NCBI GenBank assembly: GCA_050246755.1
Contig: JBFWVL010000001.1
Coordinates: forward strand, 448,001 to 512,000
Direction: 5' to 3'
From: Bacteriovoracia bacterium
GTDB lineage: Bacteria > Bdellovibrionota > UBA1018 > CAIPTA01
DNA: 64,000 bases
Program-made: the position numbers and the translations under genes
Notes under the pieces: generated by a model
What the model was told of the DNA's origin: nothing
Seen by the model: only the letters and a program-made list of their open reading frames with translations
Database searches by the model: none
Part shown: positions 18,619 through 29,900 of the stretch, one piece after another
Layout: each line of letters starts with the position of its first letter
How positions within the stretch are numbered: position 1 is the stretch's first letter

Positions 18619-20643
18619 CTATCCGCCGCCGCCCACCGAGGGCGTGAAGGAGAACGGATACGATACTTCCACGATCCCTCCGCCGAGCGGCTCGGGGAAT
18701 ACCATGCTCTTGATCACGCCCACCAGGCACTTCTCCACGCTGGAGTTGCCAATGCTGGAGGATTCCACGCCCGCCTGCGATACGCGGCCGGAGCCCGAAA
18801 TCACCCAGCGAGTGAGGATACGCCCCTGGAGCGCGTTATTGCCGTTGAGCTCTTTTTTGTAGCAGTAGGAGATCTGCGAGTAGTGGCGTTTCACGATCTC
18901 GTCGATCACGCTCTTATCGAGACCGCCCATGATGATGGTATCGGCGCCGTTGCCTACTTCCACGTTCGGACGCCCGCGGCCATTACCAGTGCCGGAGAGA
19001 TTTCCTCCCTTGCCGATATTGCCCATGCCGGTGCCGGTGAGGCCGTCGCCTTTGCCGTGGTCGGAGAGGCCTTGGCTGGTGGTGGACGTTCCGCCCCCGC
19101 CGCTGCCGCTGCCCACGAGGCCCGCGCCGTTATTTCCTTCGGTATCGAAGGCGCTGTGGCTGCGCAGGTTCTTCCCGGCATTTCCGGCACTTCCCGCCGC
19201 CATGTTTTTAGAGATGGACCCGGTGATATCGCTGAACAAGGCCTCCACGTTTCCTTTGCCCTGAACCTGGCTTTTGCTGGCCGTATTCTGGCTAGGAGCT
19301 CCGGCGCCCCTATTCGAAGGGTTCGGAGATTTGGGTTTATCCGGCGAACCGCGTTTCCCCTCGGGACCAGCGGCCTTCGCGCCGGCGCCGGCATTGCCGC
19401 CCGCGGGCTTCTGCGGCGCGGATTGGCCCTTCGTGGTATTCACGATGGGTTTTTCCTGAGGCTTTGTCTTCACCGGAGCCGGCTTCGGAGCGGGCTTCAC
19501 CTCTTTGGGAAGCTGCTTGGGCGGAGGTGTGGGTTTCGGCTTCGGCTTAGGTGGCTCGGGTTTCTTTTCTTCCACTTTTTTCTCGGGCTCGGGTGGCTTT
19601 GGTTTTTCCACTACCGGCGGAGGAGGAGGAATTGGCTTGAAAATAATCGCGGCCACGCGGGGAGGAAGCTCTTCCGTCTCGAGAGATTTCTCGGGGCGTA
19701 AACCGATGAGCAATAAAATCAATGCCACCGTGAGCGCCAGCGAGCTGAACCAGATCCTGGTATAAACCGGATCGCGCTCCATCACGCGCTGGCGGCGCAG
19801 GTGCGGAGGCACCGGCGAATAGGACAAGAAGAAAGTGATGTCGCGGAACTGGATCTTCGCCTGGTCGGTTTGTTTGAGCAAAACCCGGGTAGCGCCAAGA
19901 TCGGCGAGCGGAGTCACGTTGCGGCCTGAACGCACCACGCCGGTCATTTCGTTCGTAACTTGGAGAGTTACGCCGCCGTCGAAGGTAACGAAGGGGAAAT
20001 CGGAAGTCATGCCGGGAACGCAGAAGGTAGCCTTGCGATTCTCGCCGAGGGTCACGGGATCATGATCCACGATGTGGCGCACGTCGAGGATTACCTCGCC
20101 CCAATACATCACCACTTGCAGGGCCTGCTCGTTAGCGGCCGGGTATTCGAAAATCTGGATTACGTTGCGCTCGTCCTCGAGGATGAGTGGGCGGTAGTCT
20201 TCCTGCGCGTCGTAGTACAGCTTGCGGGCCGGGCCTTTGGCCGCGGCACTCGGCAGCTGCGCGGGCGTGGAGGTTTCCTGCACCTGGGCGCGTTTGTAGG
20301 TAAGGGTTGCGAAACCAATCTTCACTTCGTCGCCGTCTTTGAGCTCGCCCGAGAGAGATTTTTTGTCATTCACGAATACGCCGGTTTCGCTGGCCATGTC
20401 GTAGATATGCGCGAGTCCTTGCTCGTCCATTTCCACCACGGCGTGCACGTTCGATACCGCGTTCTGCTGGATACGGATATCGCTAGAAAGCGCGGAGCCG
20501 ATCACGAGGCGCTTTTTATTCACCTTATAGGTTTTCTTAACCTCGTCTTTGCCCTTGCCCGTGATGAGGTTGAACACCATCACCCACTGGGTTTCGCTTC
20601 GTTCCGGAATCGCGCTCGGCGCGTTGATTTCTTTATCGTTCAT
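18619..20643 (-). CDS. gltG: GltG/PglI-like gliding protein (FHA, TM, Pro/Gly-rich linker, TonB-C-like domain)
   Basis: N-terminal FHA (IGS...VSNVHA...SETGVFVN), one TM, PPPPP/KP stretch; C-terminal GGLDKSVI..CY..FPEPLGGGIVEVSYPF. Confidence 0.8.
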   Translation of the reverse strand: MNDKEINAPSAIPERSETQWVMVFNLITGKGKDEVKKTYKVNKKRLVIGSALSSDIRIQQNAVSNVHAVVEMDEQGLAHIYDMASETGVFVNDKKSLSGELKDGDEVKIGFATLTYKRAQVQETSTPAQLPSAAAKGPARKLYYDAQEDYRPLILEDERNVIQIFEYPAANEQALQVVMYWGEVILDVRHIVDHDPVTLGENRKATFCVPGMTSDFPFVTFDGGVTLQVTNEMTGVVRSGRNVTPLADLGATRVLLKQTDQAKIQFRDITFFLSYSPVPPHLRRQRVMERDPVYTRIWFSSLALTVALILLLIGLRPEKSLETEELPPRVAAIIFKPIPPPPPVVEKPKPPEPEKKVEEKKPEPPKPKPKPTPPPKQLPKEVKPAPKPAPVKTKPQEKPIVNTTKGQSAPQKPAGGNAGAGAKAAGPEGKRGSPDKPKSPNPSNRGAGAPSQNTASKSQVQGKGNVEALFSDITGSISKNMAAGSAGNAGKNLRSHSAFDTEGNNGAGLVGSGSGGGGTSTTSQGLSDHGKGDGLTGTGMGNIGKGGNLSGTGNGRGRPNVEVGNGADTIIMGGLDKSVIDEIVKRHYSQISYCYKKELNGNNALQGRILTRWVISGSGRVSQAGVESSSIGNSSVEKCLVGVIKSMVFPEPLGGGIVEVSYPFSFTPSVGGGG

Positions 20644-20651
20644 CTAGTTCC

Positions 20652-20915
20652 TCACTTCAGCAAAAGGGAATCGCGCATCAGTTCGCGGTGAAAGTTGGGA
20701 CGTAACTTGAGCAGGCTGCCGAATTGCTTCTCGGGGGGAGTTACCACGTAGATCCCCTCGGGATTGTCGGCGGACCCTTCCACCACGGCATCATCAAAGC
20801 TCACGCTCGATTTTTTCTTATAAACGATATTAGGCTTCGGCTTGTCGCCATCGGCGGCGAAGGCCACGGTGGCGGCGATTAAAAAGAAAAAGCAGGCAGC
20901 TATACTTAGCTTCAT
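20652..20915 (-). CDS. gltF: GltF/CglF-like small secreted gliding protein
   Basis: Signal peptide; IVYKKKSSVSFDDAVVEG...PEG.Y...FGSLLKLRPNF; ATGA overlap with the upstream gene. Confidence 0.75.
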   Translation of the reverse strand: MKLSIAACFFFLIAATVAFAADGDKPKPNIVYKKKSSVSFDDAVVEGSADNPEGIYVVTPPEKQFGSLLKLRPNFHRELMRDSLLLK

Positions 20916-23900
20916 TGGCTCTCCTTGGTATTCCACGTATCGAGAATGAGTTTAGCGTATTCGTTCGAATCCTTGAGGGACTCAAATATCTGGGCGGCCT
21001 TGGCACGATCCCCCTTGGCGAGCGCCAGGATTCCTTCGGCGTAACGGCCGTTATTCCCCTCGCCCTGCGCGATGAGGGAGGCATCGACCGAGGATTTTCC
21101 CGTGGCCAATGAGGCGAGCGCGAGGCCCCGCTTCACTTCCTTATCGCTCGGTGAGCGCACTTCGAGCTGGCGGTACTGGAGGCTCGCGTGGCGCCATAGA
21201 CCGCTGGCCATATGGATGCGGGCCGAATTCTTTTTAGGCGCCACCGCGAACTCGTCGTGCCCGAGGGCCGCCTTGAAGCCCGCCATCGCTTTCGCCATAT
21301 CGCCTTCGCGGCCGCGGAGGTAAGCCAAGTTGTTCAGGGCCGGAACATACTTGGAATTCTTCTGGAGAGCGTAGAGATAGAAAATCTCGCCGAGCTTCTC
21401 TTCGCCCTTAAGTAAATGGTAGTTTCCGATCGCTACCCAAGAAGCTACGTCTTCGATCCGGGTGCGCAGGTTCTTGCGCTTGGCTTCGAGCTCGCCTTCG
21501 CTGGAGGGAATATCACCCATGATCCATTCGCGAGGATTTTGCCAGCTCACGCTCTGGATAAGAGGAAGCTTGTCGGGGCGGGCGTTATTCGTAACGGCCA
21601 GTACGTAGGTCGTGGCCATTACCGGCCCCACCACCTGGAGCTGTTCGCCCTTTTGCACGGCCGTATCAAGCGTTTCGGCCGCTTTTTGGTAAACCGGCGC
21701 CGCCACCGCCTTCAGCTGCGCCTTAAACTTCGCTTTATCTTCGGGCGAAAGCTCATTCGGGATCGGCGCGCGCTCGAGCTTCTGGGCGAAGCTGCGATAC
21801 GCGAGGGCCTGGCGGCGGAATGCTTCCACGCCCCAGTTTCCATCCCCGAAATCCATCACTTCCGCGTAGCCTTTTTTCAGGCGCTCGAGGGCGGCTAGCT
21901 TATCATTGATGTCTTTCTTAAGGCGAGCTTCGGGCAAATGGAGCCCGCCGTTCTCGAAAGAGGCTTCGAGGGGGCCAAGCAGTTCGAGTCGGGCTTGCGC
22001 GGCGTAGCCGAGTTCTTCCTGGGTGGCCTTGTTTCCTTTGGCCTTCACCTTGGAAATCGTAGCGCTTAAGTAGTTCTGAGCCTTCTCTTCTTCCTTCAGC
22101 TTAAAGTAAAGAATGGCGACTTCCATATTCGCGCCCGCCACATGCGGGCCGTTCGGGAACGCACTCGCGTACTTCTGGAAGCTCTTGATCGCTTCGGGCG
22201 CGTTGCCCTCATCGCGGAATCGCTTCGCCATATCGAAGAGGAACTCGCCGGCGGCTTCGCGCGCGGAGCCGATCCCTTTATTCGCGGCCTCCACGATCAG
22301 CTTGAAATCTTCGGCGGCTTTATCACCCTGACGGAGGGCGCGGCGCAGGAGGGCGGCCGAGCGCAGGGATTCTACCGATAGCTTCTGGGAACTGGCGTCG
22401 TTATTGGCGAGCTTAGGCTCGTTCAACTTGTAGAAACTTTCAAATACTTCCGCGGCATCGGAATAATTTCCCGAGAGGAAAAATTCGTTGGCGATCCCGA
22501 TGATCGCCTTCTCGGCGGCATCGTTGCCCGGATAGCGCTGGAGAATTTTTTTATAGATGCGAAGCTCGTTCGCCTTGTCGCCCACTTGCGCGTAGCTGAC
22601 GGCGGCGTTCGTGAGCGATTTACGGCGGACTTCGTCGTCTTTAGCGGCATCGGCGAGTTTTTCGTAACCGGCGGCGGCGCCCGCGAAATCCTTATTCTCT
22701 TCGGTTTTGCGCACGGCCTGAAACTGCGCGCGCGAAGCGATGGACTCGAGCTGCTTGCGGAACTCGCCCTTTTTATCCTGGGCCATCAACACGGGATTAG
22801 CGAGGAACTGCTTGGCCAGCTCTTCGGAGGCAGCATAGTCTTTCTTCTGTTCCGTTTCTTTCAGCAAGGAAGAGGCGGCATCCCAGGCTTCGGGAGATTT
22901 CGGATACTTCGCGATGATCTGATTCAAGCGCGGGCGTGCTTCGTCCATCCGTCCGCTCACCACGAGGATACCAGTGGCGCGGGCCAGGTACTCCGCGGCC
23001 TGTTTATCGTTCGGGTAGGCCTCGAGATAGGAGTCGATCGCGCCGATGATCTGGTCGGCATCGGATTTCGAGAGCGCTTTGCCTGCGCCTTTTTGCTGTT
23101 TAAAGTAAGCGTCGAGCGAGTAAATAATATTAATAGCGGAATCTTTTCCGTACTTCTTATACGCCGGATCCGACTGAGAGAGATCGAGGATGGCTTTGTA
23201 TTCCGCGGCGGCTTCGCGGTGGCGGCCGAGCTGCGTGAGCACGTCGGTCAGGTAGAAGCGAACCTCGGCGGCGTCTTCGGGCTTGATCCAGCGTGCGAAG
23301 GCGGAGAGGTAGAGGCGATAGAGCTCTTCGGCGCGCCGAAATGCCACCTTCGCGTTGCCCGCTTGATTGCCTTCGCGGTGAGCGAAAGTAGCGGCCTTGC
23401 GGACCTGGGTCTTGAGGATCTCGAGGCGCTCCGCATCGGGTTCTTTGCTATTGGTGATGAACTCGCCCGTCATCGCGGTCAGGAGCGCGGCCTGCTTGCC
23501 GCGATCGCCTTTCGAAATGGCCACGTTGAGATTGTCGACCATGATGCTGAAGCGCTGTTCTTCGCCTTCTTTGGCCGCGGCTCCGCCCATATCGAGCAAT
23601 TGCTTATTGATCGCGAGGGCCTTCGCGTATTTTCCCTGGCTCTGATAGTTCTGCCCAAGCTTGCGCAGCACGGACAAACTTTCGGCCTCACCGAAAAGAT
23701 CACCGAAATAGGAAACGGCTTTGTCCACGTCGCCGCCTTCGGAATAAAAGAGCGCAAGCGACTCGGCGGCATCGCGCTGGAGCGCCACGCCGGCCTTGGC
23801 GGCTTCCGCATTATTGCGGCCGGTGGTGATCGCTTCGCGCATCGTATTCACGGCGCGTTTATAGTCGTGCAATTTAAACTGGCTCCAGCCGAGGCCGTAG

Positions 23901-24556
23901 AGAACGCGGGCACGGGCGGGTGTTTCGGTTTTAGCGGCGCGCTCGTAGTAGGCGCGGCTCTTCTTGAAATCGCGGCTCGCGAAGGCGAAATCGCCTAGAT
24001 AGCGGTAGGCCTCCGGGGCGAAACGGCTCTTCGGGTGCTTCTCCACGATATTTTCGAAAGCCTCGGCCGCTTGTTTCTTTTTCCCGAGCTCCCACTGGTT
24101 GAAGCCGAGGAAATAGTACACTTCGTCGATGCGATCATAGGATTCTTTCTGGCGGGGAATACGGCCCAGCACTTCCACGGCCTTACCAAGCCACTGCTTA
24201 GACGTGCCGCTCTCGAGCACGGGCCGGCGGCGAGATTTTTGCTGATCGAGCGGAAGGGCCATATAGGCTTCCATCTGCTTGGACCACAGCTCATTTTCTT
24301 TCATGAAATAGAGGCGGTATTTTTCCGTATAGAGCTCCGCGAGCCGGAGCAAAAGATCCGGCTGTTTTTCACGGGCGCCGGAACGGGAAAGAACTACCTG
24401 CAGCTGCTGGATCTCGGCGTTGCGGTATTGGTCTACGCGCGCTTCCTGGGGAGTGATCACCTGATTCACTTCGGCCTGCGTATACGCAAAAGCATTGCCC
24501 GACAGCAACGCCGCCAATAGCAATACGTTCAGCGCGGACACCTTACGGCCTAGCAC
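20912..24556 (-). CDS. Large secreted TPR protein, GltD/AgmU-like, with a GltE/AglT-like C-terminal TPR block
   Basis: LLLRLAELY and many TPR units; signal peptide ending NAFA; lies between gltC and gltF. Start uncertain (GTG 24556 or 24541; ORF open to 24640). Confidence 0.75.
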   Translation of the reverse strand: MLGRKVSALNVLLLAALLSGNAFAYTQAEVNQVITPQEARVDQYRNAEIQQLQVVLSRSGAREKQPDLLLRLAELYTEKYRLYFMKENELWSKQMEAYMALPLDQQKSRRRPVLESGTSKQWLGKAVEVLGRIPRQKESYDRIDEVYYFLGFNQWELGKKKQAAEAFENIVEKHPKSRFAPEAYRYLGDFAFASRDFKKSRAYYERAAKTETPARARVLYGLGWSQFKLHDYKRAVNTMREAITTGRNNAEAAKAGVALQRDAAESLALFYSEGGDVDKAVSYFGDLFGEAESLSVLRKLGQNYQSQGKYAKALAINKQLLDMGGAAAKEGEEQRFSIMVDNLNVAISKGDRGKQAALLTAMTGEFITNSKEPDAERLEILKTQVRKAATFAHREGNQAGNAKVAFRRAEELYRLYLSAFARWIKPEDAAEVRFYLTDVLTQLGRHREAAAEYKAILDLSQSDPAYKKYGKDSAINIIYSLDAYFKQQKGAGKALSKSDADQIIGAIDSYLEAYPNDKQAAEYLARATGILVVSGRMDEARPRLNQIIAKYPKSPEAWDAASSLLKETEQKKDYAASEELAKQFLANPVLMAQDKKGEFRKQLESIASRAQFQAVRKTEENKDFAGAAAGYEKLADAAKDDEVRRKSLTNAAVSYAQVGDKANELRIYKKILQRYPGNDAAEKAIIGIANEFFLSGNYSDAAEVFESFYKLNEPKLANNDASSQKLSVESLRSAALLRRALRQGDKAAEDFKLIVEAANKGIGSAREAAGEFLFDMAKRFRDEGNAPEAIKSFQKYASAFPNGPHVAGANMEVAILYFKLKEEEKAQNYLSATISKVKAKGNKATQEELGYAAQARLELLGPLEASFENGGLHLPEARLKKDINDKLAALERLKKGYAEVMDFGDGNWGVEAFRRQALAYRSFAQKLERAPIPNELSPEDKAKFKAQLKAVAAPVYQKAAETLDTAVQKGEQLQVVGPVMATTYVLAVTNNARPDKLPLIQSVSWQNPREWIMGDIPSSEGELEAKRKNLRTRIEDVASWVAIGNYHLLKGEEKLGEIFYLYALQKNSKYVPALNNLAYLRGREGDMAKAMAGFKAALGHDEFAVAPKKNSARIHMASGLWRHASLQYRQLEVRSPSDKEVKRGLALASLATGKSSVDASLIAQGEGNNGRYAEGILALAKGDRAKAAQIFESLKDSNEYAKLILDTWNTKESQ

Positions 24557-24578
24557 GCGGGTTACCGCCGAGTCTAAA

Positions 24579-26132
24579 TTAGTAGCATTCCGGTCGTAAC
24601 GCGAAAACATAGTCCCCCAGCTCATCTGCCCAGAATTCACCGTTGAATTGCCAGAAAAATTGATTGTCCTTGATGCTCGGGCGGCCGAGCGATCCGCGCT
24701 TCTTATGGCCCCAGATATCCTGGCCGCCGTTCACGTCGGCGCCCAGCTTCTCTACTTGGCTGCGCGAGCGGCGGAGCTGCTCGAGCTTGATGATATCGAT
24801 GGTGCTCACGTTGGCGAGCAGGCCTTTATACTCGGTGGAAAGACGCTCGCGCACGAAAAGGCCGCCCACTTCCTGGGCCGTCTGCCAGCGCCACACGAGC
24901 ACATCGCGCAAGAAGCCGCCGAGCCCACGCTTGCCGGCGTCGCCGAGATTTGCCAGCGAACCGTATTCACGGCGCACGCGATCGCCCGATTTCGCCAGCT
25001 GCACGAAGTACGGCGAGCGCACGAAGCGGTTCATCACCTGGTGCATCGGCACTTCGCTGTGCACCTTATTGTTCATGGCATCGAGGCCTTTTTGGAAGAG
25101 ACGCACGAGGCTCGAAGTGGAACCGCCGGCACTTTCGTCGAGCAGGGCCTTAATTTCCTGGCCTACTTTAGTATAGCGCTCCATGAAATTAGCCGATTCT
25201 TTTTCCACATCGTCGTAGATGCACATCTGCAGGTAAGAAATCGAACGCAGCATCTCCACTTCGGAATCATGGAACCAGGAAAGGCCGGGGGCCTTATAGG
25301 AAACGAGGCGGCCCAGGGCACGGTTATAGTCCCCACGGGCGATCGCCGTCCAGGCACGCTCGTACTGCACTTGCGGCCACACCATGCTCTGGATTTCCAC
25401 TTGGTCGTACCAAGCTTCGGCTTCAGCGTAATTCTTTCCCTGATAGTACCCACGGGCCACGCCGGCCACGCATCGGTTCTTCAGCTCGCGCGCTTCCTGC
25501 TTGGTCTGGCCTTTCATATAAGCCGATTTATCCGCGAACTTAGCGCAGGTTTTAAAGTCGTTGATTCCCTGCTCTATATTATTGAGAATCAGATTCGCCG
25601 TGCCCCGCAGAAAAAGCGCGGAAGGATACCGGGGAAAATTATTCGTCATATCGTTCACGGCGCGCAGTACGTCGTGGGGGCGCTGCGCGAAGAGATGATC
25701 CTGGGCGATAAAGTAGAGGAAATAATCCCGCTGGGTAGTGGGGTATTGGTCTTCCTTCGTGTACTTCAGAGCGTACTTCTTGAAGAGCACGCCACCCACG
25801 TTATCCACAAGCGCCTGGGTGCCGAGCAGCGCCATCCGGATGGCGCGGTCTTCCCCAACGGCGAGGGCCTTGAGGAAAAAGTAGGAAGCGGCCTGCGGCA
25901 TCCCATGCGCGATCAATGAATTAGAGATCGCGGCGTAGGCCATGCCCCGCTGCGAATCGTTGGAGGCGCGCTGGAGCGACTGGAAATAGTAGCGCGCGGC
26001 CTGGAAATATTGCGCGCGCTTTTCGAGGCGCAATCCTTCCTGCATGAACTGATCGGCCGAATAATCTTCGGCCCTGGCCCGCGCCGAGAGCAGGCAACCC
26101 GCCAACAAAACAACTGCTAGAAATTTCTTCAC
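24579..26132 (-). CDS. gltC: GltC-like TPR gliding protein
   Basis: Signal peptide; YERAW...RALGRL; C-terminal FWQFNGEFWADELGDY....C. Confidence 0.75.
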   Translation of the reverse strand: MKKFLAVVLLAGCLLSARARAEDYSADQFMQEGLRLEKRAQYFQAARYYFQSLQRASNDSQRGMAYAAISNSLIAHGMPQAASYFFLKALAVGEDRAIRMALLGTQALVDNVGGVLFKKYALKYTKEDQYPTTQRDYFLYFIAQDHLFAQRPHDVLRAVNDMTNNFPRYPSALFLRGTANLILNNIEQGINDFKTCAKFADKSAYMKGQTKQEARELKNRCVAGVARGYYQGKNYAEAEAWYDQVEIQSMVWPQVQYERAWTAIARGDYNRALGRLVSYKAPGLSWFHDSEVEMLRSISYLQMCIYDDVEKESANFMERYTKVGQEIKALLDESAGGSTSSLVRLFQKGLDAMNNKVHSEVPMHQVMNRFVRSPYFVQLAKSGDRVRREYGSLANLGDAGKRGLGGFLRDVLVWRWQTAQEVGGLFVRERLSTEYKGLLANVSTIDIIKLEQLRRSRSQVEKLGADVNGGQDIWGHKKRGSLGRPSIKDNQFFWQFNGEFWADELGDYVFALRPECY

Positions 26133-26157
26133 GCGACCCTCCTTGGTCCAGCGAAAT

Positions 26158-26898
26158 CTAGAATGTATAGCTCAATCCTAGGGTAAGAAAATGATTGTCG
26201 TAGGTGTCTTCCACCGCTCCGTTGGTGGAAGTAAGCGAGCCATCAAGGCCGGTAGGCGCCTTATAGTTCACGGCTAAATAGTCCAGGCGGGCGGCGAACT
26301 GGCGGCTGATAAAAAACTTCATTCCCGTTCCGTAGTGGAAAGAGGTGTAGTTCGCCACGTTGAGAATTGGATCTCCGGTACGCGAAGTTTGCAAATCGAT
26401 CTCGCTAGACACTTGCCCCATGCCCACTTCGAAATGCCAATCCACGTAGAAGAGCTGGTTGAACATATTGAACTTGCCGTAGAAGGGCAGCCACACCACG
26501 GAGCCGCCGTAGAAGCTCTGGATATCGCGCACCGCGGGAACCACGGAACTCACCAGTTTTAACTGGCTCAAATTATTGTTCTCGGCATTCTTACCGAAGC
26601 CGGCGAGAAAGGAAGCGGCCCAATGCTCGTTGAAATAGTAGAACAACCGCGGCATCACGATGCGGCGCGTGCGATACGGCTCGCCGATTCCGATTCCGCC
26701 ATTCACGGCAAGCTCGATCTTCTGCGCTTTCGTATACTTACGATTTTGAACTACGTAAATTTTCTTCTCGGGGTCGAGCCAAGAAAAATCGTATTCGTCT
26801 TTTTCTGCGTCGGCATTTTGCTCTTCGGCAAAGGCTTGCGCCGTTCCAAATAGGAAACCAACGAAAATCAGCAGGAAAATAGACAGCCGCAACGACAT
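26158..26898 (-). CDS. Outer-membrane beta-barrel protein, GltA/GltB-like
   Basis: Signal peptide; KIYVVQNRKYTK, WLPFYGKFNMF; terminal GLSYTF barrel signature. Confidence 0.8.
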   Translation of the reverse strand: MSLRLSIFLLIFVGFLFGTAQAFAEEQNADAEKDEYDFSWLDPEKKIYVVQNRKYTKAQKIELAVNGGIGIGEPYRTRRIVMPRLFYYFNEHWAASFLAGFGKNAENNNLSQLKLVSSVVPAVRDIQSFYGGSVVWLPFYGKFNMFNQLFYVDWHFEVGMGQVSSEIDLQTSRTGDPILNVANYTSFHYGTGMKFFISRQFAARLDYLAVNYKAPTGLDGSLTSTNGAVEDTYDNHFLTLGLSYTF

Positions 26899-26933
26899 AA
26901 CAGTCCCCCATCCATGGTGGTTCGCATCACTAG

Positions 26934-29900
26934 TTATATGAATTCTAGCACTATTTTTCTGCCAAGGTCACAATGCAAGGAGTACGGGCAAGAAAAACAT
27001 TCGTCGCCTCCGCGGATACCGCGTAAAGCCGGGTCGGTTTTTCCATCCGCGAGCGTGTAATTTTCCCGGATTTTTTCGATCTCCGCGGCAAGAATTTCGG
27101 CCGCCTCATTCGCGTCGGCGATTACCTCCACGGATTCCGCTTCGTTTAAATCCACGAGAAACCCCGTAACCCGAGCGGCTTTTCCTTCTTTTGCCGAGGC
27201 ATAGGCCGCGATCGCCGCCATGTAGGAAGCTACCTGGAAACGCTGGCGGCTGCCCCGCTCGTCCTCGAAAACCGAGGATTTATAATCCACCACCACCCAA
27301 GACCCATCTTTACGCTGGATCAGGCGATCGAGGACACCGTGTACGTACATTTGGCCTAGGCGCCACTCGAAAGGAATTTCCGGGTACGCTTTCACGCCGG
27401 GCCCGAACAAATCTTTTCCTACCGCGGAATCTAAAAATTTCCTCAACAGCGCAAGATCGATCTCCAGCAGTTCACGAAATGCCACGTTATCAGTCTTCGC
27501 GCCTTGGGCCTCGTAAGCTTCAACGAGCCACCCTTTCGCAAATTCCATTTCCTTATCCGGGTTCTGGATGCGTTCGAGTACGCGGTGGAGGGCGATTCCC
27601 CGCTCTTTCCTCTCGAGACCAAGCGCCTTGAGCAATTCGTCGGAGCGTATCCGCTTTTTCATGCCAGCCGAAACAGCCCGCTTTTTTTGCTGCTCCGGCG
27701 GCAGCGGCCAAAGATCTTTCACCTGATCATCCCAGCCCTGCACAAATTTCAGGCGGTGGAATTCAGCGCAATTTTTAAACGCGGAGATTTCCGAAATGCT
27801 GATATTGGCGCGGAAGGGAATCAATCTAGCCGAGATAGGTTGCCAATTCGTGGTTGGCGGTTTTTCTTTTGGAGAAACTTCCTTCACTTCTCCCGGCTTC
27901 CAGCTCTCCCAGCTCGCCGTATCGGCCAGCTTCGCGGCCCGGATCTGTTCGGCCCAGCTTTCTTTCTTGGGTTTGAAACTCTCCCCCATTTTCGGTAAAA
28001 TCAGGATCGCTTCTTCTTTGGCCCGAGTGAGCGCCACGTAGAGCAGGCGCTTGGATTCCGCGAGCTCTCTTTCCTTATTTTTCTCGCCTAGAATTTTGTG
28101 GGCAGCGTACTCTTCATCGTCTTCCAGCTTCAGGGCCACGCCGAATCCCGGCAGGGTCCGCAAGGGAGAAGCGTCGGGCAGCAAGCCGGAACTGAGGTCG
28201 GGTAGAATCGTGAGATCGAACTCGAGGCCCTTCGCGGCGTGCACGGTCATGATCTGCACCGCCCCGCCCGCGCCAGGCTCGGGCATGGTGCTATCATCGA
28301 GGCTATCCTCTTCCCTCTCCCAGCCGCTCCAGTTCGAAAGCCGCTCGATGATTTCCACCCGCGGAACGGCGTCGGCTTCGAGTGCCTGAATGATCGCGAG
28401 CAGTTTCACGGTTTGCAAATGCTCCCGGCGATCGAGGGGATAGGTTTCAAGCGCGCGGGCCAGCAGCTCGGAGCAGGACAGAAAGCTGGCCAGACGACGC
28501 CAGAGGAATAGTTGGGGCGCATCTTCCTCACGGAGAGACTCCCACAATGGCGTGCTACGGGAGCCCCGGCGCTGGATTTCGTGGATTTTGAAATCCGGCA
28601 TGCGGATCCAGGGAGAGCGCAGGCAGGCCAGCAGGGCTAAGTCATTATTGGCCCCATAAAAACTGCGAAGCAGCGCGATGCCGTCGAGGACCACTTGCTG
28701 GGAGTAGAAACCCCGACTCGAGCCCACCCGAAAAGGAATTCCCGCCCGCGTGAGCGCCTGCAAGTAGGCTTCGTTGCCAGATATCTTCCGGAGCAGGATC
28801 GCGATCCCGCTCGCGGCCGCTCCACCGGATATTTTTTCTTTCACCAGCTCCGCCACGATCTCGGCCTCTGTGGATCTACGAAGCTTGGCGCTAAGTTTCT
28901 CTTCGGGATCGCCGTATTCCACCACGCGCACGATGCCGCCCGTTTCCCGGTGCGCTTCCGCGACCGCCGCGACCGCCTCAAAGGAGGCCCCTTTCCCGGC
29001 GGCGGGAAAAATCGCCTCCGAAACCCGGTTTGCCATTTCCACTAGTTCTTTGCGGCTACGGTAATTTTTCGTGAGCGCAACGAGGCTCCCCGCGCTTTCG
29101 GCTTCGGCACGCAAGGTTTGGAATACGCTGACGTCGGCCGCGCGGAAGCGATAGATGGACTGCTTCGCATCTCCCACCACGAACAGGTTGGCCCAGCCCG
29201 GCCTCGCAATTTTTTCTAAAATCTGCCGCTGCACGGAATTCGTATCCTGGAATTCATCTACCAGCAGCAGCTCGAAGCGATCGCGGTAGTATTTCTGCAC
29301 CTCGGGATTTCCCAATACCTTGAGCGACAAGGCCTCGAGGTCATTGAAATCCAGAAGATCGCGCGCTCGCTTGGCCGCGTCGAACACGCCGGCAAAAATC
29401 TCTCCGAGTTCGAGCAGCTCACGCAAACGCTCTTTCTCTAAGCCCGGCTCCACTCTTTCGCCGAGAGTTTCCCTTACCCCGCTCACCCATTCTTTATAGG
29501 CGCTCAAATCCTCCGCCAAGAGCAAACGGCTCTCGAGCAATCTACGCAGGCAATTTTCGATTTTTTGCCTGGAAAAAACGGCGAACAGCCCCGCCAGCGA
29601 AGCCCGGGCCGACTCCGGAGGGTTTAGGAAAAACTCCTCGAAAATTTCCTGGCGAAGCGCTTCGGCTTCCCGCTCGTCCATCAACGTAGCCATCGGGCCG
29701 ATTCCGGCCTCCACGGGAAAATCGTTGAGCAAGCGGCGACAAAATCCATGGATCGTAGAAATCTGCTGAATAGCCTGGGCGGCTACTTTCACGCCCAGCC
29801 CCCCCTCGCCCACCAGCGCCTGGCTCACGCGGGCCGAGAGTTCCTTCGCGGACTTTTCGGTGAAAGAGATCGCCGCGAATTTTTCGGCGGCTTTATAAAT

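Noticed and set aside
18950-19640. Gly-rich and Pro/Lys-rich low-complexity DNA resembling a repeat array
   Set aside because: Normal periplasm-spanning linker of a TonB/GltG-type protein; no regular repeat-spacer period.
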